Assembly (NCBI GenBank): GCA_965153455.1 | Contig: OZ234494.1 | Coordinates: 4,960,001 to 5,024,000 of the forward strand | Direction: 5' to 3' | Origin: Sphagnum compactum | Lineage: Eukaryota | DNA: 64,000 bases | Part shown: positions 27,540 through 39,945 of the stretch, piece after piece | Position numbering within the stretch: the first letter of the stretch is position 1 | Layout of the letters: every line of letters starts with the position of its first letter | Position numbers and translations under genes: made by a program | Notes under the pieces: model-generated | Database searches by the model: none | What the model saw: only the letters and a program-made list of their open reading frames with translations | Told to the model about the DNA's origin: nothing

Positions 27540-28240
27540 CATTCACTTGGACACAAAGTGAAAATACTTATGACCTAATTCCTTTGTTTTTTATGAGCCT
27601 CCCCCATGGGTCTAAAAATTCCTTATTATATTCCCACTTTCATAATGAGTTCAACTTTTCTTGGACCATTACCACATTGCCCAAAGTCACATGGGGAACC
27701 AATTGATATGCATCAAAAAAGGTGCTCAACAAGGATATTTTATGAGGAGGTCATGGATGGACATGGATGACATGAGCAACTTTGAAAACCTATATGGACA
27801 TTTGTTTACTTATGGGCATAATAAAAAACCTTAGCATTGGTAATTATTGCCATACAAGTGATTTTTTAAAACATTGCCCTTTAATTTTTAGCAAAATGAC
27901 TAGGGATAGATTTGAAGCGCTAAATAAATGTTTACACATAATTAATGAAATATTGGGTTTGTTGGTTGTAATTAGAATTGACTTGAAATATAGGTCAAGT
28001 TCCAATTATGACAAACTAGCAAAAATGAATTGGCTAGTTGAATAAATTTGTAACAAGTGTAAGAAAATATATAATATGGGGAAAATAAATTACAATTGAT
28101 GAAATGATAGTAAAATAGAAAGCAAAAATATTGCCCAACAAGACAATATATGCTCAAAAAACTTGTAAAAGTGGGGAATAAAAAGTTTGGTGTGTGGCTG
28201 ATAGTATTAGTAAATATGTTTGCAATTTTTAAATTTACAC
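27540..28240 (+). mobile_element. piggyBac-like (PGBD, DDE_Tnp_1_7-type) transposase relic, N-terminal half
   Basis: TN*YA..GGHGW..LKTYMDICLLMG..HCPLIFSKMTRDRFEALNKCLHI..YDKLAKMNWL..ITIDEMIV..YCPTRQYM..KWGIK.WCVADS.SKYVCNF, with stops and frameshifts. Confidence 0.8.
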
Positions 28241-28963
28241 TAGTGCACCAAGGGGGGAAAGGTGGTAAAAAATGAATGGAATTACCAAGGCACATAGCCA
28301 TTTGACAATTTTATTAGAAGGTGCAAAGTTACTAGACTCTAGAAATGTAGTAAAATCTAGGGTTGTTGCTCTTTTACCCCCCCAACTAGCCTAGTAAAGG
28401 GATGCATGAATTAGAGAGAGTAGCTGATATAAAATTTCTTTTGCATCCTTTTAAAAAAATTCCATCTTATATGTATAATTTTGATGATGTCATGTCGATT
28501 GCAAGTAGCGAGTATAGTAGTGATAAAGGGGATTTGTTTTTGTTTTGTTTGTTTGGTGGGAGTGATGCATAACTTATGTATGTAGAATACAACATTTAGT
28601 TTGTCACCTAATGAAGGTATTCCCTTTGCACTTTTGACTCCCCCAAAAAAATTGCCATGGGTGCAAACACCTTTGAGTTCAAGTCATTAAGGGTATAAAA
28701 TCCATTAGGGATGTGTAGCCATTTACTCCAATGAGGCTGAAAGTTTTTAAGCATCATCATGACTAATATGACTTTACATCCATAATTTGTTTTAAATTAA
28801 ATTTTAACATCCATCTTATCTTTTAAAATCTCAATATGTAAATGTGTGAAATACGCCCATTTTTTTGCTAACTAAAAGGCTTAAGCTTTTAGGGGGTTAA
28901 CCTTGGCATAAAGACCCTAATGTTCTTACCATCCAAAGAGTAAAGCCCGAGGGGGAGGCCATT

Positions 28964-29337
28964 TTTTATGTTAAGTTAACATTCACTTAATATTAAACAA
29001 TCACCCATTCAACATTGGGTAGCACCTAAGATGCCTGCCACCTAGATTTCCACTTAACACTAACTTAACATTAGGTGTGAATGCACCTTTAAAAAGTCAC
29101 ACTACTAAAGGTACGTACATTCACACATTATGTTAAGTCAGTAGTGTTAAGTGAAAATCTAGGTGGCATCTTAGGTGGCACCCAATGTTAAATGGGTGAT
29201 TGTTTAATAATATTAAGTGAATATTAACTTAACATAAAACCTTGGTGGTAAATAGGTTTAGGTTCTTAAAGGACTAGCTCGGTGTTAGGGGAACTTAATA
29301 CTAGAGTCCTTAACACTAAGCATGAATGAATGCACCT
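28964..29337. mobile_element. Two head-to-head MITE-like copies forming a ~125-bp-arm inverted repeat
   Basis: 28964-29090 is the reverse complement of 29107-29239 with few indels; the right copy continues to a TGAATGCACCT terminus at 29337. Confidence 0.8.
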
Positions 29338-29681
29338 ATAAATCCAAGGAGGTATATAAGCAAGTAAGGCACTTGCATGGTGGCTACTAGGCAGGTAGAT
29401 ACTAGATACATGTGGATGGATGGGTTAGTAGTTAGTACATTAGGTAACTAGCGTTGTTAGCTATGGGAACACAAATACAACGAAAGAGTGTTTTCCTGTC
29501 CGCATATATCATCCATCCAGGGCATGGTGCCCTGGTAAGTGTTGGCTCACTCTCGCGAGGGGAGGGGGAGAGAGAGAGAGAGAAAGAGAGCGTGCGGGAG
29601 CGATAGAGTGGAGGACGTTTTGTTTAGGTTTTGGTCTGGTGTTGTGCAGTGGCAGCTGGTGTGAGGAGGAGGAGGAGAAGC

Positions 29682-31238
29682 ATGAGCGGAAGAAGTAGTA
29701 GCTGCAGGCCCGCGATGACCATGATGACGATGTTGATGCCAGCAGCCATGAATCGAGTCTTGTGGACTCTTACGTTGCTCCTGATCATGTCACTGGTTAC
29801 CCAGAACCTGGTGGCTCCTTTCACCTTCGTGCTTGCCCAAGAGTTCGAAGGTTTCCTGGAGGATATGGGTGACGGAGAAGATGCAGAGATGGAGTCTCCT
29901 CCGTTTCCCATTCCAGTGGTACGCTCGCAACATCAGGAGCCGTCTTCTCGCACCGCCGCCTCCACCTCCTCCTCCTCCTCTTCCTCCTCGCGTAACCCTA
30001 ACCCTGATGCGGGAGCAGCAGCAGCAGCAGCAGCCGCGGCGGCGGCTACAGGGTCGGTGAGAAGCGGGAAAAGAAACGAAGCCGAGAATCGAAAGGGCAT
30101 GGATCCGCACGAGTTTTGGGACGAGGATGAATTCGAGGGTTTGCCTGTGGAGCTCGGAGAGAAGGAGTCGCCCTCCTCACCCTCCCCGCCATCATCTTCT
30201 GCTGTGCAAGATGAGAGAATCGGCAGCAAACAGAACAAGATAAGCTCCAAGTCTTATGTTTTGAAGCCTCCGCAGAACTACTACATGGAAGGTGCATGTG
30301 TGGTGTTTCTTGTGATTTACGGAACCGTTTACTGGTTAGGGAAGAAGGAGAATGAAAGGATTGCTCTTGCTTGGGCTTCGCAGTTTGTGAAAAAGGACAG
30401 TATCTTTGAAAAGAATTTCAGTTTGTTGGGAACCGGAGACGGTCCTGATGATCCTCTGTTAGTGAAAGAGGGACAGAATGTGTTCAAGTTTTATGCAAGC
30501 GGAAGAAGGTACTGTGAAGGACTTCTTGCCACCATGGAATTTCAAGCCCGCCATGACCTACTTTCTAGAGCTTGGTATTTGGTGTCTCCTGGCAAGGATG
30601 AATTGAACATTGATGTGTATATGAATGATGAGAACATGGAGCCTATTGTTTTTGCTCTCACTAGGCGGAAACAAGGCAAGGAGATGCTCAAGGAATGCAA
30701 GGATCTTCAACAGTTTGCCAGTATGTTGTCTCCCCCGACAGGGCCCAGGAAATGGGTTGCAGAAGAATTGGTTGTTATCAGTGAATCAAGGGAGATTGCG
30801 GTAGATCTTCTCACAGATGGATTGCTTGAGCAAGTCTTTGGCAAGAAAGCTTTTCAAACTATTGCACCATACTTTGTTTCACTTCATTTCTCTGACCAGC
30901 AAGCAGTGGGATTGCACAAGAAATTGCTGCAGTTCAAGTTTCTGATTCCTCCAGCAGAGAGGATGGCAGACATGGCTCGTCTAATCTCAATAGTCCCTTA
31001 CTTTATAGATGCAATTGGAAGATATAAGCTTAGTGCGCCTGCTCGGACCAAGGCCTCTGGTGTGCGAGCGAAACTTGACCAAGAGAATGCAAAGGAATTG
31101 GCAAAAGCTCGCCAAGAAGCTTTACAGAAGAAGAAGATGGAGAGGGAAACACAGTTGTCCAGCAAGCAAGAAGAGAAAGAACGCCTTCGACAGCTGAAAA
31201 AGTCCATGCCAAAGGTGAAGATGTCAAGGGGACACTAG
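29682..31238 (+). CDS. CCDC47: CCDC47/DUF1682-family ER membrane protein (PAT complex subunit), intronless, ~518 aa
   Basis: Uninterrupted ORF with N-terminal hydrophobic signal, acidic WDEDEFEG, TM segment ..YWLGKKENERIALAWA.., FKFYASGRRYC, and a basic coiled-coil tail ending MPKVKMSRGH. First in-frame ATG is 29682; a later ATG may be the true start. Confidence 0.88.
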   Translation: MSGRSSSCRPAMTMMTMLMPAAMNRVLWTLTLLLIMSLVTQNLVAPFTFVLAQEFEGFLEDMGDGEDAEMESPPFPIPVVRSQHQEPSSRTAASTSSSSSSSSRNPNPDAGAAAAAAAAAAATGSVRSGKRNEAENRKGMDPHEFWDEDEFEGLPVELGEKESPSSPSPPSSSAVQDERIGSKQNKISSKSYVLKPPQNYYMEGACVVFLVIYGTVYWLGKKENERIALAWASQFVKKDSIFEKNFSLLGTGDGPDDPLLVKEGQNVFKFYASGRRYCEGLLATMEFQARHDLLSRAWYLVSPGKDELNIDVYMNDENMEPIVFALTRRKQGKEMLKECKDLQQFASMLSPPTGPRKWVAEELVVISESREIAVDLLTDGLLEQVFGKKAFQTIAPYFVSLHFSDQQAVGLHKKLLQFKFLIPPAERMADMARLISIVPYFIDAIGRYKLSAPARTKASGVRAKLDQENAKELAKARQEALQKKKMERETQLSSKQEEKERLRQLKKSMPKVKMSRGH

Positions 31239-34200
31239 TGAGTTTTCTTTTCCCCCCCCCCCAAAGTCCTTTCCTTTGGGACTTCTTCTGGGGTTACTGT
31301 TAAAGAAATATTTTATCTGCAGTGTAACTTGCTCATTGCAAACTCTGCTTTCTTGTTCTTGAGCATTGCAAATCCTTACAGGTGCAACTTTATACACATT
31401 ATGCTCTCACACAAGCACCATACATTTGCATACCTCTAGTGTGATGATGAATGAGGGTCGGAAGTAAAAGATTTCATGTTGAAATGTCACATTCATTTCC
31501 AGTATGCACTGATAATTAGGGTTGTGTAGCCACAGCTTTTGTGGGTCTCACCTTCAGGTCAAAACTTGTTAAATGAGCTGGAGTAGGATTTTTTTTCCCC
31601 CCTCTCCTGCTACCTTATTGGCAGAGGAAAAGAGAGGATTACCAAAAACCCCATGCTGCTGGGATGGGAAGAAAGAAGAACCCGGTTCCTCTTTTTTTTT
31701 CTTTTCCTCTCCTGTGACCTTTTCTGTTTGTAAGATTCCTATGTTGACTCTTGAATAGAGATTACAAATGTTTGTTTATGCTACTTCAACTTCTTTCAGT
31801 TGTTCACTCGGTATTGCAATCGTGGATAGAAATTTTTGTTTTCTGAACTTCAACTCTTCCACTTGTTCCTCCCTGGACTTTATTTGGATATTCACAGGGG
31901 AATGAATGCATAACAAATATAGGAACAGTATCAATTGCATCAGGAATTCAAGTTGTAATAGGAAACATTCTTTGTGAACGTACACAATGTCACTTGAAAT
32001 TTGTCGAAAACTTTAGGAATGTGTTTGATAACATTGCATGTGAACCACCAATTAAAACATGGGATTGTTGTTGGGAATGTTGTGAAAATGCAAAATGAGC
32101 AAGTGCAATTGGGATGTTTTGAATTCTGTTTCAAATGCCATTTGGAACGTGTATATGCATGTGGACATTTGCAAAAAAACTTGAACTTTATGGGAAAATC
32201 AATGCATCAAAGATGTATGCAACCTTGTGAAGGTATATGACTACCCCCACCTCAAAATTACCCAATCCAAGTTCACACCATGAAGGTTGTCATCCATTCC
32301 CTCACTCTCCCTCCTTTGAACTTTGATTAGGCTCTAATATATTCAACACTCTTGTATTGAGCTAGTTGTTGGTCATCTGAAACCCACTACTAGGTTAAAG
32401 TTGAAGGGAGTTTGGTTGAGATGGTGCCTCTGCATCAAGATAGTTGATATACAATTTAATGCCTGCTTCCTAGCTCACCATTTCCAACACTATGCACCTA
32501 ATGCCCACTCTCCATACACTACAAAAGACTAACAAACAACTACATTCCAAGTAATCTAAAATTTCCCAAACTTCTTATGTCTTTGAAGGATTCATTAAGT
32601 CTTCCTATATTTACAATATATGGGCCTTGCTTAAACTTGGTCTTCCTAATCATTTCTTGCGAACCTTTTCAAAACAGCTTCCAAATCTCCTTTTGGAACT
32701 TCAAAACTTGGTCTTCCTTGAGAATGTTCCCCATGAGAATGGAGGGAAGAACAAAGGAAAGGAGTTTCTAGGGACTTAGGGAGGGGAGGCAATGTAAACA
32801 AAGGTAAACAAAAGTAAGATGCCAATATCTCCCCCCCCCCCCCAAGGGTTCAAACTGGTTTTGTTTTTGTATAAAAGCTCTTGGCCTAAGATCTAACAAA
32901 AAGCCTTTATGTCTTTTAAAAACATGTATGTGCACATTTAAAATAATGCATGAAGCTACTTGTACATCTTATGGTTGGGAGAAGATGTTGGGAGACATTG
33001 GTCTTAAGGTGCAAGACATGTATGTTAGAGTCATGAATCATTTTTCTCTTGGTGTAGGACGTGAGGTTGGAGTTCTGATATATATTTCTCTTAGGGGTAA
33101 GAGACATTTGTTTTAAGGTCTAAGGTCAATGGACTTTCAAGTTGTAATGTAAAGCTCTTTTAAGCAATGTTTCTTTTATCGGCAAATTTTAACCAAATCT
33201 TTACCTTTCAAAGGGGTTGGCTACCTTTAAGCTTGAAAAAGTTTATAATTTTTTTGAAAATTCATCGAATATCTCCTTTTGGTCTCACTTAATTCATAAG
33301 AGAACCCATTAAAAACACACACATGTTGCCATCATATAGCCCTTGCTTTTGATATGAATGTGCTAGACAGTTTTTCCCTATGGTTAGAGTTTGCCATTTT
33401 TGACCCTACTTAAGGAGGCATCTTTTTGTTCTTTCATTTTCGCCACTACTTTCACCACATCCATGACTAGGCTTCGAAAGGAATCACCTTCAATGTCGAC
33501 GATCTTCTCCTTTGAGTCACCAAAGTTCCTTACATGCCAGAGCACACCATCACTAATCACTCTTTGATGCAATTTCAATCATCAAAGCTCTTTACAACAA
33601 TGGAGGTTCATTCACCTACAACAATGTAACATCATGAAACATGCATACAACTTACAAGGTACAAGTGTTAAAAGCTTTTCCCTTTGAAGTTTGGATTTGC
33701 TTCAAATATGAATGTTAGGATTTAGTGTTCAAACAAGAAAGTTGCAACTTGCAAGCCTTAATCCTTTCAAAGCATCATAATCATTCTTAAGGTTAGGGTT
33801 TAATGTTCAAGGTTTTGATCATTTCCAATTTTCATTTGTTTTGAAGTTCGCAATGTAGTGTGTAAAGGCCTATTCCCTAGGTGAATCATGATTCATGATG
33901 TTCATTGTTCATGCACATATGTTGATGCAACTACCAATAGTTGGATTCAAGAATTGGTTGTTCAGATTTTGCTAGTGATTCAATGAATCGTGATGGAATA
34001 TGGACCATGGTGCAAGTTGCAAAACTGCAATAATTCACATTTCAACAATTTATTTCTTAAGACATGCATAGTGCAAATGTACTATGCAACACATCCATTG
34101 ACAATCACAATTCGCATTTCTTGAATGTTGTTTGGATTCTACGCCAAATTCGCTGAAATGCAAGCTTGATGCACATTATAATTTGAATTTTGCAATATAA

Positions 34201-34329
34201 TCATGATTTGTCAAGCTTTAGAGATTAGGTGAACTATACATGGTCCTTGACAATTAAAATTTAGAGTTTAGAAAGTCCAAAGTTCAAACAAAAGAATCTT
34301 GAATTCTTCATTTGGAATGAAGGTTTCAA

Positions 34330-34890
34330 TTTCTATGAAATATTGTTTCTAGAATTAATATCTAAGTCTAAACTCTGAACCTTTGTTTCTAAAATTAGGG
34401 TTTGAACATAAGTTAAACTTTTCTTTTCAATGGATTGAAACTTTGAGTCTATTTAAAGCTTTTTTTTTGGTGAACTTTTGTTTTTAAAATGAAGCTCTAA
34501 GTTTATGAGCTTTTGCTTCCAAAATAAAAGTCTAAATTTATGAGCTTTTGCATCTAAAATGAAGGTTTAAATTTGAATCCTTTCTTTTGGAATTAGGGTT
34601 TTTGTATATGTTGAGCTTGTGTTTTTGAAATGAAGTTTTGAATCAAATGGTCTTTTGTTTCTAGAATGAAGATCTAAGTTTGAGCCTTTGTTTATGGAGT
34701 TCAGGTTTGATTATATGAACTTTTGTTTCTAGAATGAAGGTATGAGGCTAAACCTTTACTTTTGGAATTAAAGTTTAAATATGTGAGCTTTTGTTTTTGG
34801 AATTCAAGTATAAGTCTATGAGCTTTCGTTTTTGGAATTGAAGTTTGAATTTGATAAGCTTTTGATTTTGGAATGTAGGTCTAAATTACT
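34330..34890. repeat. Degenerate ~35-bp tandem array upstream of hAT relic 2
   Basis: Unit similar to TTTGTTTCTAGAATGAAGTCTAAGTTTATGAGCT, roughly 15 diverged copies. Confidence 0.75.
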
Positions 34891-35069
34891 AAATTTGTTA
34901 TAATAAACCTGAGTTAATCATGGCACCACCTTTAGCAATACTAACAAAGTTCAAACACAAGTTTTTATTTTCAAATCATGTTCTTACTAATCCATCTAAT
35001 GTTGCAAATACTAGCACTAAGCTTGATGTTGTTGTTATTGATCCAATCAAAGCAAAAGTAGACCTAGCT

Positions 35070-37415
35070 AATAAAAAAAAAAGGAAGAAAATGTATGAAT
35101 TGAATTGTTGTTTCTAAGATTCATGGGCTGCAACTTCCTTGCTCGATAGAATATGTTATGGGTGTTGATGGAAAGGTAATGTCGGTAAAATGAAAAGTTT
35201 GTAGTGTCATGGAAAGATGGAATAAATTTATGGGGCCCAAGTTGGATTTTTTGTGGAAACATGTTGGTCGAAGGAAGGCCACATTTGCATTTATGTTGTG
35301 ACAATGGGGAGTTTTTATTTTCTGAAGACGAATCAGTATGCACAAGTCATGAGAAGTTGTATGTGCGAAAGGGTAAGGATATTGTTTGACAATAGGTAGC
35401 TGAAAGGGTTGTGGTGGAGAGGAAAAAAAACTAGTCCAATTTATTCTTGTCTTCCATTTACTTTCCCAAGGTAGGCCCAAGATTGAGTATGAACTAATGC
35501 AGTCTCTATTTACAATCCTTAAAGTGCTTAACCACCCATCCAAACATTGGAGTGAATGTGTTGGATGGGAAATTGTTCATTCTCTACACTGTGTGGTATT
35601 AATTGCCACTGAAAAGGTTATTTTGGCTTTAAGCTTTCAATCTATTTCTATAGATGATGTCAATATAATTGGTAACCAGATTTGGATTTTAATCCATTGT
35701 TATGTGGTGGCAAGTTGGAGATGAGTCCCCATTTTGCTCACTTGAACCTTTGGTTACCAATGGGACTGTTGTTAATATAAAAAAAGTGATCATGGTTGTT
35801 TTCATTACGTATGGTGGTCTGACCAATGAAAAAAATTGTTAAATAGGTTGTGTGTTTAGGAGCCCATGGTGTTTCCATGTTTCAAGGGGTTAGATATGGA
35901 ATAATTGCTTTAATGAGGACCTAGCAAGCACCTTATTTCATTGGAATTCATTGTATGGCACATCAAACAAACCTTGCAATGTCAGGTTTATATTCCATGC
36001 CAATGGTGTCCAAATAAAAGGATTTCCTTCAATCACTTTATGAATATTTCTCTAACTCCCCAAAATGCCATCTTCAGTTCATAAAACTTGTTGAAATTGT
36101 GGAAACAGAAGGATTGAAATATTTTCAAAATGTTAAGATAAGGTGGATCTACATGTTGGCACCTTTGAAAAGTGAACTAGGAAAAAATAAAAGACTTTAA
36201 TTGGTAAGACAACAGTTGGCATTGGCATTATGAAGGCAAGTAATGCCAAATTGGTGAATTTGTGTGATGTTGGCACAATCTTGGGCTTGCCATGTGTTTT
36301 GCCTATGTTGGAATTTGTCAATGCCTTGATGAAATTTGTGCAAGCCAGGGATGTCTTTATATGTGACTACATTGTAGTAATTAAAATCTACCAATCCAAT
36401 CTATACAACATGTATAATGACCCCACCACTTCATTCTAGTCTGAAAACTTTCTTGAGTTTACAAATGTTATTGCAATCACATCTTGTAACACTACAACAA
36501 AAGGTGTCCCTGTACACCAAGTGATTTCACTAGATTTTGAGTGAATTCACTGGTTGTAATGAACGGGGACTAGTGAAGAAGCAATGAATTCATTAGTCCA
36601 GTGAATGAGGACTAGTGAACTACACCCACATTTTGTAGAAATGTAAGATTATTCAAGATTGGGTCACTAACTTAAATGATGGCATAGAACACTTGGTTTT
36701 CCACGTGCATCATTGGACAATCCTACATGGCCCATTATGTTGATTATGTAATCCTCATGCATTTTGCAATTACTCAAAAGGGTTTGATGAAGTTATCAAA
36801 GTTGTCAAAGTTCAATGCATTGTTGCATGTGATGTGTTGGTTCTTGAATTGAACACAAATGTTTAGACTATGAGTTGATGAATGCTCTTGGGTTAATTTA
36901 CCCACAATATTGGTTATAAGCAAATTGTGAGTTCTTTTTTGCAAACCAACTAACATTGATTAAATGACATTATTATACATCACAACAAGTTGGTACTAAT
37001 GGCATATGGGTTTCTAAGCCACTTTCAAGGGACACTATGGATTCATAGAGTTCTCTTTTCAAGTTGACCATAAATAATCAGGCCTTTAAGGCCATGGTAG
37101 AATCTAAGGAAAAAAATCCATTGACTAAGTTGTGACATTAACTTGCCACAAACAATTTGTTAATGTTTTGTTTCTTTGAGTTCACGAGACTTGTTGAACT
37201 TACCATTGTTCAGGTCATTGGAAGTGTGGAAGATAAAAGAACATTTTTCACTTTGAGTTTTATGAAATGCAAATTGAGGAATCAATTGGCAAGGCATTTG
37301 AATATTGCCTATGCATGTTTGCTCGAGACTTCTACACTAAGGAAATTTTTCCTTTCCACCAATTTTTATACATTGAAATGGTAGAAACAAGACCATGGTT
37401 GGAGTGAATGCTTGA
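35070..37415 (+). mobile_element. Degenerate hAT (ZNF862-like) transposase relic, copy 2
   Basis: Collinear with copy 1: KKRKKMYELN.., HPSKHWSECVGWEI, SIDDV..QIWILIHCYVV, HCMAHQTNLA, LPMLEFVNALMKFVQARDVFICDY, VIGSVEDKRTFFTLSFMKCKLRNQL. Confidence 0.85.
36490..36643. mobile_element. 154-bp CACTA-type MITE inside hAT relic 2
   Basis: Left CACTACAACAAAAGGTG; right reverse complement CATTTCTACAAAATGTG (13/17); TSD TAA at 36487-89 and 36644-46; internal AGTGAA repeats; excision restores TSCKIIQDWVTNLNDG. Confidence 0.8.
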
Positions 37416-39643
37416 ACATTGGGTTCAAGGTTTGGAGTTTGGATGAAAGGTTGAAGGATGTATGTGTGAGTGCATTTTCCATTACATAGCCATGTTTTTT
37501 TTTTTTTGTATATCATTAGTATACTAACATCATCGATTGTTGTACATGTATTTTGTGTTGCAATGGGCAAGGTCTTGGTGACCAGGGTTCAAACCCCCCT
37601 TAAAGTGTTTAGAGTTAGAAGTTTGTAATTTAAAATGTACTTTTAATTGCCACATGTTGCCAAATTGCATAACAAAGTTGTTTACTGGAAGCCTAAAAAT
37701 TGATTGCCCCAACATGTGTAAATCCTACTCATATCCACATAGATGTCCAAATAGAAGCCACCTAGAACTTCTAGAATCTCAAAACTCTTCACCCAATTTA
37801 CATTATGTTGCTGCAATATAAGTATTTAAATCATATTAATTTTTTATCCAAATAGCCATAAAGGCTCTAGCTTTTCAAACCCCATTACCTCTTGCACTAC
37901 AAATTAAAAACATAAAAGAAACATTGTTTTAAAGGCAAAGAACATTTGGCTTAAGGGTTGTGGTACAATTTTTTAGAAACATGTGCATTTTATTTAGGTT
38001 CCAAAACATTGATGTAACAAATATCACATTTATTATCTTTGCCCATTGAGAGAGATTACGTGTAACCTTGTCATATAAAGACAAAAACCTTTTTCAAAGA
38101 GTGGCACACATAGAAAGATGTTAATGCTGGAAACTACAATTTTCACAAGTGGATATCCAAATGTATGTATTCCGATGTCAATTGATGTTATGGATATTTT
38201 ATCTAAAGTTGGGTAGTTATTGTCTTTTATGAAAAACCTTAGGCTTACTTTACACTAGGAATCAAGGCCAAGGTTGAACTCAAATCAAACATTCCTATTG
38301 GTGCAGTCATTGAAATCAACTTGAAGGCTTTACTTTAGGAGTCAATGTTGAAAAAGAAAACCTTTTTTTGTATTCTACAATTTTGTCACCCTGACTTGGC
38401 CCCAAGGCAAAAAAAGGATACCTATCAACTTGGGAGGCCAATTCGCAACCCTTGGGGCCAATATTGTTGCAATAAAATATTGTTGTTTTGATGAAATCCA
38501 CTTTGTGTAATCAAAGTAAATCCTAAACCAAACCCTCTATCTTTTATTTATTTTTCATTTCATATTTCTTCATTTTCCTTTCCTCTTGTTGAGCTTATGT
38601 GCTTGTTTGTGAATGATGGAGGGAGCTTCTAATTTCTACTTGGGATATGGCCATGAAATCTACAAGAGTTACAAGAATCTTGTGTCTATGCCCATCCATG
38701 GTGGTTTAACTTTCAAGGTTTAGTTTGAAAAAAGAAGCAAAGATGATAACAAAAATGTTACCAAAAATGAATGAATGAAAGCATATGAGGGGTCAAAGCC
38801 TTGGTCCTTATTTTTTAGCCTTAGTGGCTTTACACATGAAATCATTGGCCCCTAAACAATAATATTCTACTAGTAACTTGGGGCTAAACAATGAGCCAAG
38901 AAGTGCTAAGATAACCTATTATTGGCCCCAAGATTTTTTGGCCCCTTCCCATTGTCTAAAATGGGCATTAGGTTTTAGTTATTTTTAAAATTAGAATGGA
39001 TTTTGTTCCAATTTTGGTTTCACAAAAAAATGGAATCTTGAGCCTAGTTTTGATCCAGTTGTTGGGAAAAAAATCAAGTTGTAATCCAATTTTGGGTAAC
39101 TTGGTTGGAAACCAATAGTTTAATCATAAATCAACCTCTCAATTTCAAACCATTTTTCCCCCAATTTTTTTTCCAAAAATTCAGGTTTCAATTTTGGTTA
39201 TGATTCAAGAACTAGATCCAAGTTCTAGATGCAAATCTAAATTTATGTTTGGTTCTAGTTCCAATTCCAAAAAGCAGACGTGATTTTGGTTTGATTTTGG
39301 GTAACTAAAACCAAAATTGGTGATGTTAACTAGCCAAACCAAATAACCACCCAACATTAATTTTAATCTTGAGCCAAAGCTTTGGAAACAATCCAATTGT
39401 CACTTTGAACCTTAGGTCATAATGTTGAAAAAAATCTAATCATAAATGGAAATAATTTGATTTCATAATATAAATAATTTCATATTGTAAAAGCCAAACC
39501 ACCCAAAATAATTGAATTCCAATCATAATTTCTTAAGGTGTACCATATTTGGTCCAAAAACATTTAATTTCCTTAACTATCACAAAACTAAATCAATATA
39601 GGTTAAGAACAATGGCTCAACATGTCATAGTATATGTACCACA

Positions 39644-39945
39644 TCACAAACTTAGCATCTCACGACTTATGAATGGAATTCATGTAACATTAGTTCATTC
39701 ATAATTCGTACATTTCACACACTAGTATCGTGCATTGACAACACATTTGACACAAATTTATTAGAAGATGCAAAATTCGTGTGATATTCATTCATTCATA
39801 GATTCGTACTTTATCTGTCAACACATTTATTTGTGTGTCAAACATGTTTTCAATGCATGATATTCGTGTGTAAAATGTACAAACCTATGAATGAACAAAC
39901 TTGGCATGATTTTCATTATTAATTCATCACATGTTATATTTGTCA
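39644..39945. repeat. Imperfect ~110-bp inverted repeat (foldback/MITE-like)
   Basis: 39644-39754 matches the reverse complement of 39834-39945 (e.g. GTTCATTCATA..GTACATTT..TGCATTGA..TTTGACACA). Confidence 0.7.

Noticed and set aside
29631-29681. ORF-track N-terminal extension of CCDC47
   Set aside because: Begins at TTG; the first ATG is 29682.
32240-33660. Possible degenerate coding fragments
   Set aside because: Multiple stops and no assignable motif.
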